From: Candidatus Saccharimonadota bacterium
Lineage (GTDB): Bacteria > Patescibacteriota > Gracilibacteria > BD1-5 > UBA6164
Length of the DNA stretch: 32,000 bases
Direction: 5' to 3'
Assembly: GCA_004563595.2 (NCBI GenBank)
Contig: CP042461.1
Coordinates: 660,001-692,000, forward strand
Of this stretch, positions 19,280 to 30,250 are shown piece by piece; within the stretch, counting starts at the first letter, position 1; each line of letters starts with the position of its first letter. The notes under the pieces were generated by a model. The model saw only the letters and a program-made list of their open reading frames with translations. It was not told the DNA's origin and did not search any database. The position numbers and the translations under genes are program-made.

Positions 19280-20704
19280 ATGAAAAAAACTAAAATAATA
19301 GCAACAATATGACCTGCTACAAATAATAAACAATCTATTATTGATTTATATACTGCATGAGTAAATGTGATTCGTTTTAATTTTTCTCATGCAAATTATA
19401 ATGATGTTGAAAAAACGGTTCATGTAATTAAAGATCTAAACAAGAAAGGTATTACAAATCTCAGCCTTCTTCTTGATACAAAATGACCTGAAATTAGAAC
19501 AGGTGACCTTGATAAAAAAATAGAATATATAGAGTGAGATATTTTTAATATGTATACTGATCCAAATATTGAGCTTTGAAATAATGGATTATTTTGTGAC
19601 TACCAATTCCTACTTGAATGAGTTAATATTTGAAGTCAAATTGTTATTGATTCATGATTATTTCTTGTTGAAGTAATTGAAAAACAAAAAAAACATGTTG
19701 TAGTAAAAGCCTTAAATTCTGCAACTATCTGATCAAGAAGACATGTTAATCTTCCTTGAGTCAGTCTAAACTTTCCAGGAATTACGGAAAAAGATATTTC
19801 TGATATTCAATTTGCTATCAAACATGACTTTGCATTTATTGCTGCTTCATTTATTAGAAGTGCATCAAACGTACAAGAAATTAAAGATCTATTTAAAAGA
19901 GCTGATTGTAACACTCTTAAAATTATCTCAAAAATTGAAAATCAAGAATGAGTCGAAAATCTTGATGAAATAATTGATATTTCTGATTGAGTAATGGTCG
20001 CGAGAGGCGATTTATGAATCGAAGTTCCAATTCAAAAGCTCGCTATCTACCAAAAAGAAATTGTAGAAAAATGCAATAAAAAATGAAAGTTTGTTATTAC
20101 AGCTACTCATCTATTGGAAACTATGATTGATAATCCAGTTCCTACTCGTGCTGAAAGCTCTGATGTGTTTAACTCTGTTCTTCAGAAAGCAGATTGTTTA
20201 ATGCTTTCAGGTGAAACTGCCATTTGAAAATTTCCTATTAAATGTGTTGAAATGATGACCAGTATAATAGAAGAAGCAGAAAGTATAGTTGATTATAGGT
20301 TTGAAGATTTTTCAAATGATAACTTATCTCTCAGAGACATAGAAAAAAAGTTACTTATTAGAAGCGCATTGTTTATAGGAAAAGAATTATGAGCTCAATC
20401 ACTTATTATCCTTACAAAGACATGATTATTAGCGCGTTTAACAGGTGCTTTTAGACCAAGTATACCAGTGCATAGTTTTACTCCATTTGAAACGTCTGTG
20501 CGTAATACAAATCTCTTATTCTGAATTAACACGAGCAAATTAGAAAAATGGGATAGAGAGGACTTTTCACATACATTAGATGAAGCAATTGATGAGTTAA
20601 AAGAAAAATGAATAATCAAAAATGGTGACAAAGTAGTTGCTATCAATGATATCCAAAAAAAATGAACAGAAATCCCTATTATGGAAATAATAAATATAAA
20701 ATAA
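19280..20704 (+). CDS. pyk: Pyruvate kinase, 474 aa
   Basis: 475-codon frame. Motifs KIIATIGPAT, LLDTKGPEIRTG (the G is TGA 19484-19486) and MVARGDLGIEVP. TAA 20702-20704. Confidence 0.93.
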
Positions 20705-20727
20705 AAAAGCAGCTTAGCTGCTTTTTT
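20703..20727. terminator. Bidirectional terminator between pyk and the fur-like gene
   Basis: AAAAAAGCAGC-TTA-GCTGCTTTTTT. Confidence 0.7.
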
Positions 20728-20730
20728 ATT

Positions 20731-21075
20731 TTACCCGAATTCTCATATAAGTTTTATATCCATTGAATTAATTTTAAAATTTTTTGGCAAATTTGGAATA
20801 TTAATATCTTTTAAATCAAGATCAAATATTTCTCAAGTTTTTTCATCAATTATATGAATATGATCTCATATATTTGTTTCAAAATATGTTTTTTTTCAGA
20901 CTCAGATAAGTTTTTTTAATAATCATTTTTTTGATAATTCTTCAACATTTCTATATATAGAAGACTTCCCTGCTTCAGGATAATCTTTTATAAGCTCATT
21001 ATATATATCATCAACAACTAAGTGTTTATGGCTACATATTTCTATAATTTTATCTGAGTAATAATGAGTTTTCAT
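20731..21075 (-). CDS. Fur-family-like transcriptional regulator (short, lacking CxxC), 114 aa
   Basis: 115-codon frame. Winged-helix-like DDIYNELIKDYPEAGKSSIYRNVEELSKKGLLKKL, then GDHIHIIDEKTGEIFDL. No CxxC zinc motifs. Divergent from the peroxiredoxin gene across a 7-1-7 palindrome. Confidence 0.6.
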
Positions 21076-21125
21076 AAGTGTTCATATTAATAATACTTTA
21101 TAAGAATATGGATTTTGATTCATCT

Positions 21126-21164
21126 GTCAAATTAAAATGAGAATAATTCTCATTTTAATTTGAC
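21126..21164. promoter_or_regulatory. 39-bp perfect palindrome with Fur-family 7-1-7 core TGAGAATAATTCTCA (21138-21152): candidate shared operator
   Basis: 19-bp arms GTCAAATTAAAATGAGAAT / ATTCTCATTTTAATTTGAC around one central base. Lies 63 nt from the fur-like ATG and 81 nt from the prx ATG. A perfect TATAAT at 21176-21181 places the right arm over the -35 region. Confidence 0.6.
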
Positions 21165-21232
21165 TTCGTTGTAAATATAATTAATCTAACTTCTGAGAGT
21201 ATATCTCATATTATTTTTTAAAAGATATATAC

Positions 21233-21844
21233 ATGGAAGATTTTAACATACCTACAATAGTAAAAATTGATAATGAAGCTCCTAGTTTTGACCTTCCTTA
21301 TTACGATCCAAAAACTGATACAGATGGTAAATTAGCTTTATCTGACTTACAATGAAAATGGTCAGTATTATTCTTTTATCCAGCAGACTTTACATTTGTA
21401 TGTCCTACTGAATTAAAAGATATGGCAGATGCTAAGCCTCATTTTGATAAAATGTGAGTAGAAATACTTGCTGTGTCTACAGATACTATTTTTTCTCATA
21501 GAGCATGGGTAAAAAGTGAAAAACTAATGGAAGATTTCCCATATAAAATGCTTGCTGATCATGGTCTAGAGACATCTGATATCTATAATATCCTTGATGA
21601 TGAATCTGGTATTGCAGGAAGAGGAACGTTTATCATTGATCCAGATGGAGTTGTAAGAACTATTGAAGTTGCTTCAGGTCCACTTGGAAGAAATAGTGAT
21701 GAACTTATCAGAAAACTCCAAGCTCTTCAATTTATGAGAGAAAATCCAACAGCAGCTTGTCCTGCTAAATGGGCTCCATGAGCTAAAACACTTACTCCAT
21801 CAATTAAACTTACAGGTAAGGTGTATGAAGCGTTACAAGACTAA
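21233..21844 (+). CDS. Typical 2-Cys peroxiredoxin (AhpC/Prx1 type), 203 aa
   Basis: 204-codon frame containing track fragment 21473-21781. Peroxidatic site [15 protein letters not shown] and resolving Cys in [10 protein letters not shown]. Only 3 of 12 Gly codons are TGA. Confidence 0.92.
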
Positions 21845-21858
21845 AACTTAAAAATACT

Positions 21859-21889
21859 AAAAAAGACATCAATCGGATGTCTTTTTTTT
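21859..21889. terminator. Bidirectional terminator between prx and holA
   Basis: AAAAGACATC-loop-GATGTCTTTTTTTT. The holA stop codon (21888-21890) abuts the T-run. Confidence 0.65.
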
Positions 21890-22829
21890 ATATTAACTTC
21901 AATATACACTTCTCTATCTCCAACTTCAAATCACTATCCTCTGATCAGATTAGTTTTCAAGATTTCATTTTTTTATCGAGACTTATAAGATCTAGATAAA
22001 AATTAGAGAGTTTTTTGTGAGAAATCTTATAATTCTTAGTAATGAGAAAACCTCTATTTCATAAACTAAGAGTTGAGTTAATTTCTTGAGTTGAGAGTTT
22101 TAAGCTCTTGAGTGTAAATATATAAATACTGGTCCTTAAGTTCGCAAGCAGATTATTATAAAAGGCATAACTATTAGTATTATTTAGGATAATATCAATA
22201 GTTTTTAATGCTGCTGGAATGTTTAGGTTTAAAAGATTATCAATAAGTTGAAAAATACTTTCTTCGAGCTCTGGTATTACAATTTCAGTAATGTCATTTT
22301 TTATAATAGAAGTTCTAGTGATAAAAATCTTATCTAATTCAGATATAATTTTTGAAAGGTTTCATGATTTATATTTAATAATTTCATATATAGCATCAGT
22401 TTCAATACTATTTCAATACTTCTTTTGAATAATAATTTTGATATCATTATCATCATTTGTATTAAATTCTTTTATTTCTGATATTTTGTTAATTCATTTA
22501 TAAATTTTAGATCTTTTATCAGGATTTAGTGAAATAAAAACAAGAATATTTTCTTCTGGTACATTCTCAGTGAGAGTTAATATAAATTCATGTTTATCTT
22601 GTATCTTAGAGTCTTTTGTTGCGAAGTCTAAGTCTATAACTATCAGTTTCTTTGCTGCTAAAAAACCTCATGAAGTGAGAGTAGAATTTAAGAAATTATT
22701 ATCACAATCTAGGAGTGATTTAATGTGTAAAAAATTAAATTCTCAGTGCTTTTCTATAAAGTGGTTTTTCCATACTGAGAGTTGATTTTTTATCAGATAA
22801 TCAGAATTTCATGTAAAATGATAGATCAT
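21888..22829 (-). CDS. holA: DNA polymerase III delta subunit, 313 aa
   Basis: 314-codon frame. Delta-subunit pattern: MIYHFTGNSDYL, FLAAKKLIVIDL, LEESIFQLIDNLL and a C-terminal LDKKMKSGK. No Walker A motif. Assignment is by pattern only. Confidence 0.65.
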
Positions 22830-22835
22830 AAGGTT

Positions 22836-24029
22836 TTAATTATTGATAATTGCTTTGAGTATATCACTTCCCTCTTTATTAATCTCTTCATATACTTCCT
22901 GAATAGAAAGAAGTGATTTTTTTAAGTTTAAGAGATCTCTTGGATTTGCTCTATTTAAAGCAAGCCTATTTAATATAGAATCAATATCAGATACAAATCA
23001 AAGCTTAATTCTTACTGTATCTAATAGTATTTTATTATTATAAAACTCCTGAATAAATTCTTGTCTTTTTTCTATTTCTTCAATGGATTGAAGAGGCTTT
23101 ATTATATTTTCTTTTAAAATCCTCGTTCACCCAGATGATTTAGTTTTATTTAAAACTCAAAATAATGTTCATTGTGTTCAAGATTTTGTTGAAACATTAT
23201 AAAGTAAATCTAGGTTTCTCATTGTAGATTCATCAATGTTCATATATTCTCAGTAATTGAGAGCTCAAATGCTATTCAGGAATGTAAGTGACGATTTTTG
23301 ATTCATTTCAAGGTAGTCAAGAAGCAACGCTGCTGCTGATATTCATAATATTAACGAATCGATTCAATATCATTCAAGGCTTTTTACTCAAAAATGTTTT
23401 AATAATTTTTCTTTTGGTTTTGATGGAGTTTGATGGTAAAAAATATTCAATGAATATTTTTTTTCTAATATATTTTTTATAGCATCATGAGAAAAAAGTC
23501 TTTTTTCTAATATAACTTCTTTTGGAGAAATTTTATATATTTCATTTTTTAATCATTCAAAGTCATGAAATTCTCATGTTTTCCATATATGTGAATCAAT
23601 ATCTAGGTAACTCAAAGCAAATATTTCTTTATTTTCTACAATTGTGAGAATAATATTAGAAGAATTTGTTCCTGCAAATTCTTCTCATTCTAAGTCTAGA
23701 GTAGCAGGAGTTACCACTCTAATAATCTCTCTTTTTACTATTCATTTTAATTTTGGATCTGAAACTTGTTCAGCTATTGCTACTTTATATCATGCGTTCA
23801 CCAAAATTGGGAGATACTTCTGTTTTGCATGATATGGAATTCATGCCAGAGGAGTTGGAATCTCTGCATTTTTATTCCTGGTTGTTACAGATATTCATAG
23901 TACTTTATGAGCTATATGAGCATCATCATCAAACATTTCATAGAAATCCCCCATTCTAAAAAACAAGATTGCATCAGGGCATTCTTCTTTTAGGTCATAG
24001 TATTGTTGCATTGCTGGTGTGATAGTCAT
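22836..24029 (-). CDS. mutS: MutS N-terminal fragment (mismatch-binding, connector and part of core domain only), 397 aa; possible pseudogene
   Basis: 398-codon frame. [51 protein letters not shown]...IPYHA...GYKVAIAEQ...[24 protein letters not shown], then TAA 22836-22838. The holA ATG follows 6 nt later. Clamp, Walker A and ATPase parts are absent. Confidence 0.8.
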
Positions 24030-24037
24030 GGCAAATA

Positions 24038-25252
24038 TTAAAACATAAATTTATTTTTACATATTCTTGAATATTTCTTATCTTTTTCAATATACCTAGA
24101 TATATTGAGAAGAATTCATAATGCTATAATAAGTGATAAAAGTGAACTTCATCAATAACTAATAAATGGGAGAGTAATTCAAGTCAGAGGAACAATATTT
24201 AAATTCACTCAAATATTTATGAATGCTTGAATCATTATCCATGAAGAAATTCAAACTGCGACATATTTTCCAAATAAATCTGATACTTTTGATGCAATAT
24301 AGAGTCACCTATATCAAATATGAAGATAAAAAGATAACAGAATAAATCAACCTAAAAATCATAATTCTTCTATAATTACTGAAAAAATAAAATCTCACTG
24401 TACTTCTGGTAAATATCAGTATTTTTGAATTGACTTACCAAATCATAAACCATTGAATCATCAACTTCCTATAGCTATTAGAGCTTGCTCTGTTTGATAA
24501 TTAATAGTTTTATTTTTAATAGCCTCTTTATTATCACTTAAGAAGTTATCAATTCTATTTGTTATATAACTCAGCTTGTTTGCTGTCTCAGGATTAGACT
24601 TATCATACTTACCTCACATATAAACAGAAGTAGATAAAACTACTCACAAAATGAATAATATTCATAAGTACTTTATGTTTGCTCATGCATAAAAAAACAT
24701 AATAACAGAAATAGGGACAATTACCATTATAGTTCAGAAATCAGGCTGTAATCATACAAGAAATAATGCTGATCATAATATGAGCATAAAAGGGATGAAG
24801 CCATCAGAAAAAGAATGAAGATGATTCTTATACTTCTTTAAAAATGCTGCTAAATAAAGAATCAAAGTAATTTTTAAAAATTCTGTTGGTTGGATAGCAA
24901 ATGGTAAAAATGGGAGATTAATCCATCACCTAGCACCATTCCAACTTGGTCAAATCAGAAGTACTACAAGCAATAATATAAGACTAAATATGAAAAAATA
25001 CTTTGCGTATTTTTCAAAAAAAGAATAATGAATTTTGACTATTACTCAGAGTCATAATAGAGCGACAATTACATGGATGATATTTCTAATAACGTAAAAA
25101 TGATTATATCATTCAGCAATAAATCATGCTTTTACCATAAGACTTGTTACCCTAAAAGATGAGTATACTGATACAGAAGATATCATTATCATTCAGAATA
25201 TTATTAAAAACAGGACTGTAAAAAAAAGCCTATAATCAACATTTTTTTTCAT
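24038..25252 (-). CDS. ftsW: SEDS family peptidoglycan polymerase FtsW/RodA, 404 aa
   Basis: 405-codon frame. Motifs [43 protein letters not shown] and [15 protein letters not shown]. FtsW cannot be distinguished from RodA from the sequence alone. Confidence 0.88.
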
Positions 25253-25263
25253 ATAGATGAGGT

Positions 25264-25551
25264 TTAATTAAGTAATTGGATAACTTCTATTTTTAGCTCT
25301 GGAAACAATAAGAATAGAATTCAACGAACAAATGCTAAAATTAAGATTACTACAATCGGAGTAAAGTCTATTGGTCAAATGGTAGTAGGTATTATTTTTT
25401 TTATATTTTCGTAAAGAGGATCAATAATGTATGCGAGAAACTTTGGTCTTAATTTAAGTCAAAATACTGTAAGCCAAGATAGAATAACATCAGCAAATAC
25501 AATATATTGTATTATTTCTAAAAAAATTATTATTGTAAGTAATATGGTCAT
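25264..25551 (-). CDS. yggT: YggT family membrane protein, 95 aa
   Basis: 96-codon frame with two TM helices. FADVILSWL...IDPLYENIKKIIP...GPIDFTPIVVIL. Its ATG lies 2 nt after the rnc stop. Confidence 0.7.
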
Positions 25552-25553
25552 AT

Positions 25554-26273
25554 TTATATATTAATTTTATTAAATCAGTTCAATGCTGCATGTTCTTGAG
25601 CTTTTTTCTTACTTGAACCATTTCCTTGTCCAATGATTTTTTCTCATAAATATACTCAAACTTCAAAATCTTTATCATGATCTGGTCATGACTCAGAGAT
25701 AATTTTATAAGTTGGTGTAACATCAAATTTTCACTGCGCTAACTCTTGAATCAAAGTTTTATAATCTTTTGTAAGATTATTATGAAGTATATCCTCTAGG
25801 GTAATATAAATATGTTTGTCCACGAAGCTTGTAGAGATTTCGATTCACCCATCCAAGTATATCGCTCATAATAGAGCTTCTACTACATTTGCAAGCAGAT
25901 AATTATTTTCTCTTCAACCTCATAATTCTTCTCATTTTCATAAAATTAAAAAATCATGTAATCAGAGAGTCTTTGCTATTTTTGCTAGATTTGTTCACCT
26001 TACAAGAGCACTACGAATATCAGTGAGGTCTCACTCGGGTTTATCAGGGAAGTCATTGAATAAATTTTTTGTAATAATTAATTCAAGAACAGCATCTCAT
26101 AAAAACTCTAATCTTTCATTATGTACCGGTGCATAATCAGGTCTTTCGTTTACAATCGATCTATGGATAAATGCTTGAATATAAGGGGATATATTATTAT
26201 ATTTTATATTTAATGAATCTAATAATTTTGATATTTTTGCAATTAAAATTTCATTTTCAACTGCCTTTTTCAT
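25554..26273 (-). CDS. rnc: Ribonuclease III, 239 aa
   Basis: Extends track fragment 26097-26282. Signature HNERLEFLGDAVLEL (the G is TGA 26097-26099). C-terminal dsRBD GPDHDKDFEVGVYLGEKIIGQGNGSSKKKAQEHAA. ATG 26271-26273 is preferred over TTG 26280-26282. Confidence 0.92.
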
Positions 26274-26343
26274 AATCACCAAAGGAACTTAAAATTAACG
26301 AATAAATCTATAATAAAATACCGTTTTTAAGAAAAAAGTAAAG

Positions 26344-26373
26344 AAAAAATCTCTTGTTTTAAGAGATTTTTTT
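26344..26373 (-). terminator. Intrinsic terminator at the end of nusB
   Basis: 12-bp stem AAAAAATCTCTT / AAGAGATTTTTT with a 5-nt loop. The nusB stop codon (26359-26361) lies inside it. Confidence 0.6.
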
Positions 26374-26835
26374 GAAAACAGAAAGTGTTGTATTTGAAAA
26401 ATCAGTTTTTGCTAATTCTGTGAGCTCTTCTACGTCTGTTAAGACCTTGTTTAATACTCAATTAACTATTTTTTTTGCTGAGTCATCTCAGTAGTTTTTT
26501 GCTACTTCAATTGCTTCATTCACAGATATTTTAGCTGGTATTTCTTCTTTCAAAAAAAACATTTCTGCAAGACAAAGAAATACTGGTAAAATATACATAG
26601 GATTCATAGTTTTGATATCAAATCTTGGAGAGTATTTTTTTAAGACTTCTATAAAAAAACCTTCATGTTTTTTGATAACATCAATCATTTCAATACTATA
26701 TTCTGTATCTATATCAAAACGAAATGTATTCTCATAAAAAGATTTTGTAAATAATTCCTCATTATATTCAGCAAATGTCATTGCATAGAGTTTTTGAAAA
26801 AGAAATTTCCTGGTTTTTTTACGATTTACTTGCAT
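26359..26835 (-). CDS. nusB: Transcription antitermination factor NusB, 158 aa
   Basis: Track fragment 26488-26835 extended through 2 TGA to TAA 26359-26361. RKKTRKFLFQKLYA ... EAIEVAKNYGDDSAKKIVNGVLNKV. Confidence 0.8.
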
Positions 26836-26867
26836 TTATTTTTATATCATTCTATTAAAAATATGAC

Positions 26868-26905
26868 ATAAAAAATAACATAGATGATATCTATGTTATT
26901 TTTTA
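26868..26905 (-). terminator. Intrinsic terminator after rpmF
   Basis: AAAAAATAACATAGAT-loop-ATCTATGTTATTTTTT. Confidence 0.65.
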
Positions 26906-26912
26906 TAATATA

Positions 26913-27119
26913 CTACACTCTAGTAACTTTTTTTGATTTTGCTTTTATAACTTGTTCTCCGTTATATGTACCATCTTCAGCAATATAATGAGCAAGTCAG
27001 TTCCCTTCTTTATTTAAAGAAACTCTATTAAAAAGCTTTCTAGCTGTAAGTTTAATCCAGTTACTTGTTCTTCTTTTTGATCTCGTTTTTGAGTGTTTCT
27101 TTTTTGGTCCGAAAGCCAT
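26913..27119 (-). CDS. rpmF: 50S ribosomal protein bL32, 68 aa
   Basis: MAFGPKKKHSKTRSKRR...HYIAEDGTYNGEQV matches the bL32 pattern. ATG 27117-27119, TAG 26913-26915. 1 TGA and 4 GGN glycine codons. Confidence 0.85.
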
Positions 27120-27258
27120 AATATAATTCTTAATTAATAAAAGTTTGAATTTTATGTGAGGATTTTATGAGCTTTTCCATAAAAAGCAAATTTAATTTGA
27201 AAAAAAGATATATAAAGTTACTATGATTTATATATAGAATATATAATAACAATTATAA

Positions 27259-27927
27259 ATGCAAAAAATTTTAATTGTAGAAGATGATAAATGAATCTCT
27301 CATTCATTAAAACTCTATTTAGAAAATTCAAATTTTGAAGTCCATCTTTATTATGAATGACTTGGTGCATTGGAAGAAATAGCGAAAATTAAGCCAGATT
27401 TACTAATACTAGATATTAATTTACCTGGAAAAAATGGTATTGAGATTGCAAAAGAAATACGTATAAACTCCAGTTTACCTATTGTTATCCTTACAGCCAG
27501 ATGAAGTGAATTAGATAGGATTACATGACTTGAAATCTGAGCTGATGACTATATAGCAAAACCATTCTCTCCACGAGAATTGCTTGCAAGAATCAACACT
27601 ATACTGAGAAGAATAAAAGTTGATCATAATTCAGATTGAAACACTATTAGCTATTGAAATGTATTTATTGATATAGATAAAAAAATAGTAAAATTAAATA
27701 ATATACTCATTTCGCTTACTTGAAATGAGTTTGATATCTTAAAAAAAATTGTAGAAGAAAACTGAAAATTAGTGAAAAGAGAAACTCTGATGACTGAAGC
27801 AATTTGATACGATAAATATATTTACGATAGAACGATAGATACACATATAAAAAATCTCAGAAAAAAACTTTGAAATAAAGACCTTATACTTACGGTAAGA
27901 TGAGAATGATATAGATTAAATAAATAA
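27259..27927 (+). CDS. OmpR/PhoB-family response regulator, 222 aa
   Basis: 223-codon frame. Receiver domain ILIVEDD...[13 protein letters not shown]...AKPF. Winged-helix output [13 protein letters not shown]...[13 protein letters not shown]...TVRGEGYRL. Confidence 0.9.
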
Positions 27928-27946
27928 TATTCTTTAAACCATACCA

Positions 27947-29254
27947 GTGTCACTATCAAAAAAATTCATTATTTCCCTTGTTATAAGCATATTTTTTATA
28001 GCTTTTATAAATATAATTGCTTTTTATGTCTTTTATAGTTCATACTTAAAAGTGTACTTAGTAGAAAAAATTAAATCTAGAGATACCATTACTATAGAAT
28101 ATATAAACAAAGTTATTCAGAAGCAAACTATTGATGAAATTGATAGTATTTTTACTGATACTGAAATAGAATTTTTTGAACTCTTAGAAAAAGAAAATTG
28201 AAAAATTTCCTTGAGTCAGGACAAAAATATTAATATAGTTATTAATTATTTAATAAAAAGCTGAATAACACCTAAATATATTGAAGAATTAGTTCCTACA
28301 GATAACTTTTGAAAAGTAATTGAAGCGATAAAAGATAAAGAATCTCCTGAATATCGTTTTGTAAATAAACTTACTATATCAATTATAATAACTAATATTC
28401 TTGCAATTGGGATTACTATCACTTCTATGTTGATTTTTATTAATAAGGCTATATTACCTATAAAACAAGCTACAGCCACTATCAAAAAGAGTAAGCCATG
28501 AAAAGAATATAAAGAAATTGACTACCATAATAAAAAAGATGAAATTTGACTCCTAATAACTGCCATCAACTCTCTTAATAAAAAATTAAACCTACAAGAA
28601 ACAATCAAAAATCGACTCTTAGCCGATATATCTCATGAGTTAAAAACTCCAATTACATCTATTCAATGTTATCTAGAGTGAATATCAGATTGAGTTATTA
28701 AACTTGATCAAAAAAACTTAAATGCCATTACGGATGAAATGAAGCGACTCATATTACTCGTAAATAGGATTATGGATTATGAAAAATCCGAACGTGTACA
28801 ACTAAAGTTAGAATTTATACCTGAAAATCTCAGTGAACTTATCAAACTGGTAGTTGAAACACATAAGAAAAAATTAAAAGAGAATAAACAACGTATCAAA
28901 GTTACATGAGATGAGAACCTTATGTTAGAGATCGATAAAGATTTAATTAAGCAACTTACACATAATCTTATTTGAAATTTCCTGAAATACGCTTGAAGAA
29001 AGAAGATATTAAAAATTAATATAACAAAAAACTATATAGATTTTACTGATGATTGAGTTTGAATAAAAATGAGTGAGATTCCATTTTTAACAGAAAAATT
29101 TTATCAAGGTAATATTGAAAAAACTTGAGATATTGATACCAGATGAATCTGAGTTTGATTAAGTATTACCAGAAGAATTATTGAATCGCATTGATGGAGG
29201 TTTGAAATAAAATCAGATTTAAATAAAGGGTTTAGCTTTAAAATATACATATAA
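27947..29254 (+). CDS. Sensor histidine kinase, 435 aa
   Basis: GTG start at 27947. Track fragment 27947-28201 extended to TAA 29252-29254. Two TM segments. H-box LLADISHELKTPIT. ATPase boxes HNLIGNFLKYA, DDGVGI and GIGVGLSI. Confidence 0.88.
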
Positions 29255-29401
29255 TTTCATCTTCACACAATATTCACATTAAAAATTTTTATATATTAAA
29301 TACTCAAGTATACTCAGTATACGAATTAGGGAATCATAATTAGGTTAAAGCCAAAAAAACTTAACATGTATTCTCTAGTTTTTTACGTATAAACTCATAT
29401 T

Positions 29402-30214
29402 ATGAAAAAAATCATAATCTCTATAATCTTCTTATTCTTAATTAATATACCATACTCAGTATGAGTGTATTCTTTTTCGTGAGTAATATCTAGCTCTAGC
29501 TGAACTATAAAAGAGATAAAAGAAAAACTATACGACCTTCAAAACAATCAAAGAGATCTAAAAATAGAATCTAAATCACTCTATCAAGATCAGCGTCTTA
29601 GGACATTTTTTAGAGACAATTTAAGACGCTCTGAAATAAAGAGTATTGAATTCATTATTAATAATTATACATATAAAAAAAATACAACGAATAAAGTCTT
29701 ACTAGAAAAAGCTGCAAATTTAGAAGATGTAACAAATGAAAAAAAAAGCTTATTAGATCAAAAAAAAGAACTATATATTAGGATGACCCCATATATTAAG
29801 ACATCTGAAATGTCTCGATATCTAGAATATATTAAGAATGATGCAAAAATATTAAAAGAAAGTAAAGATATCAGAACTGAGATTATAGTTAATAATGAAA
29901 TACTCTCCACAAAAGTATCTATTATAGAAAAAAGGATTGAAGAACATAGAAATATATTAAACGGAGCATTAAAAATAATTGTAAAACAAAAAATAGAACA
30001 AAAAATCAACAATCTTGAAAATAATGAAAAATTTAAGGCATTAAGAAATGAATTAAAATTAAAAGTTATTGAAAAAACTATAGTAAAAGTAAGAATTTTA
30101 AGCTCAAATTTAGAAAATGACACTGATAAGTCAGATATTATTATTAAAAAGTTAGAAATATATAACTTGCTTCTTACTGAACTAGAAGCATTTAAAGAAA
30201 GGTTAACACAATAA
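29402..30214 (+). CDS. Secreted coiled-coil protein, 270 aa (hypothetical)
   Basis: ATG 29402 extends track fragment 29783-30214 upstream through TGA codons. Signal peptide MKKIIISIIFLFLINIPYSVG. The remainder is K/E/N/I-rich and heptad-like. No family recognised. Confidence 0.6.
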
Positions 30215-30248
30215 AAAAACTCTGAATATACCATCTCAGAGTTTTTTT
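30213..30248. terminator. Bidirectional terminator between the coiled-coil ORF and wecB
   Basis: AAAAAAACTCTGA-loop-TCAGAGTTTTTTT. Confidence 0.65.
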
Positions 30249-30250
30249 AT

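Noticed and set aside
24111-24125. TGAGAAGAATTCATA, a partial (12/15) resemblance to the Fur-type box.
   Set aside because: It has three mismatches, breaks the palindrome, and lies inside the ftsW coding region.
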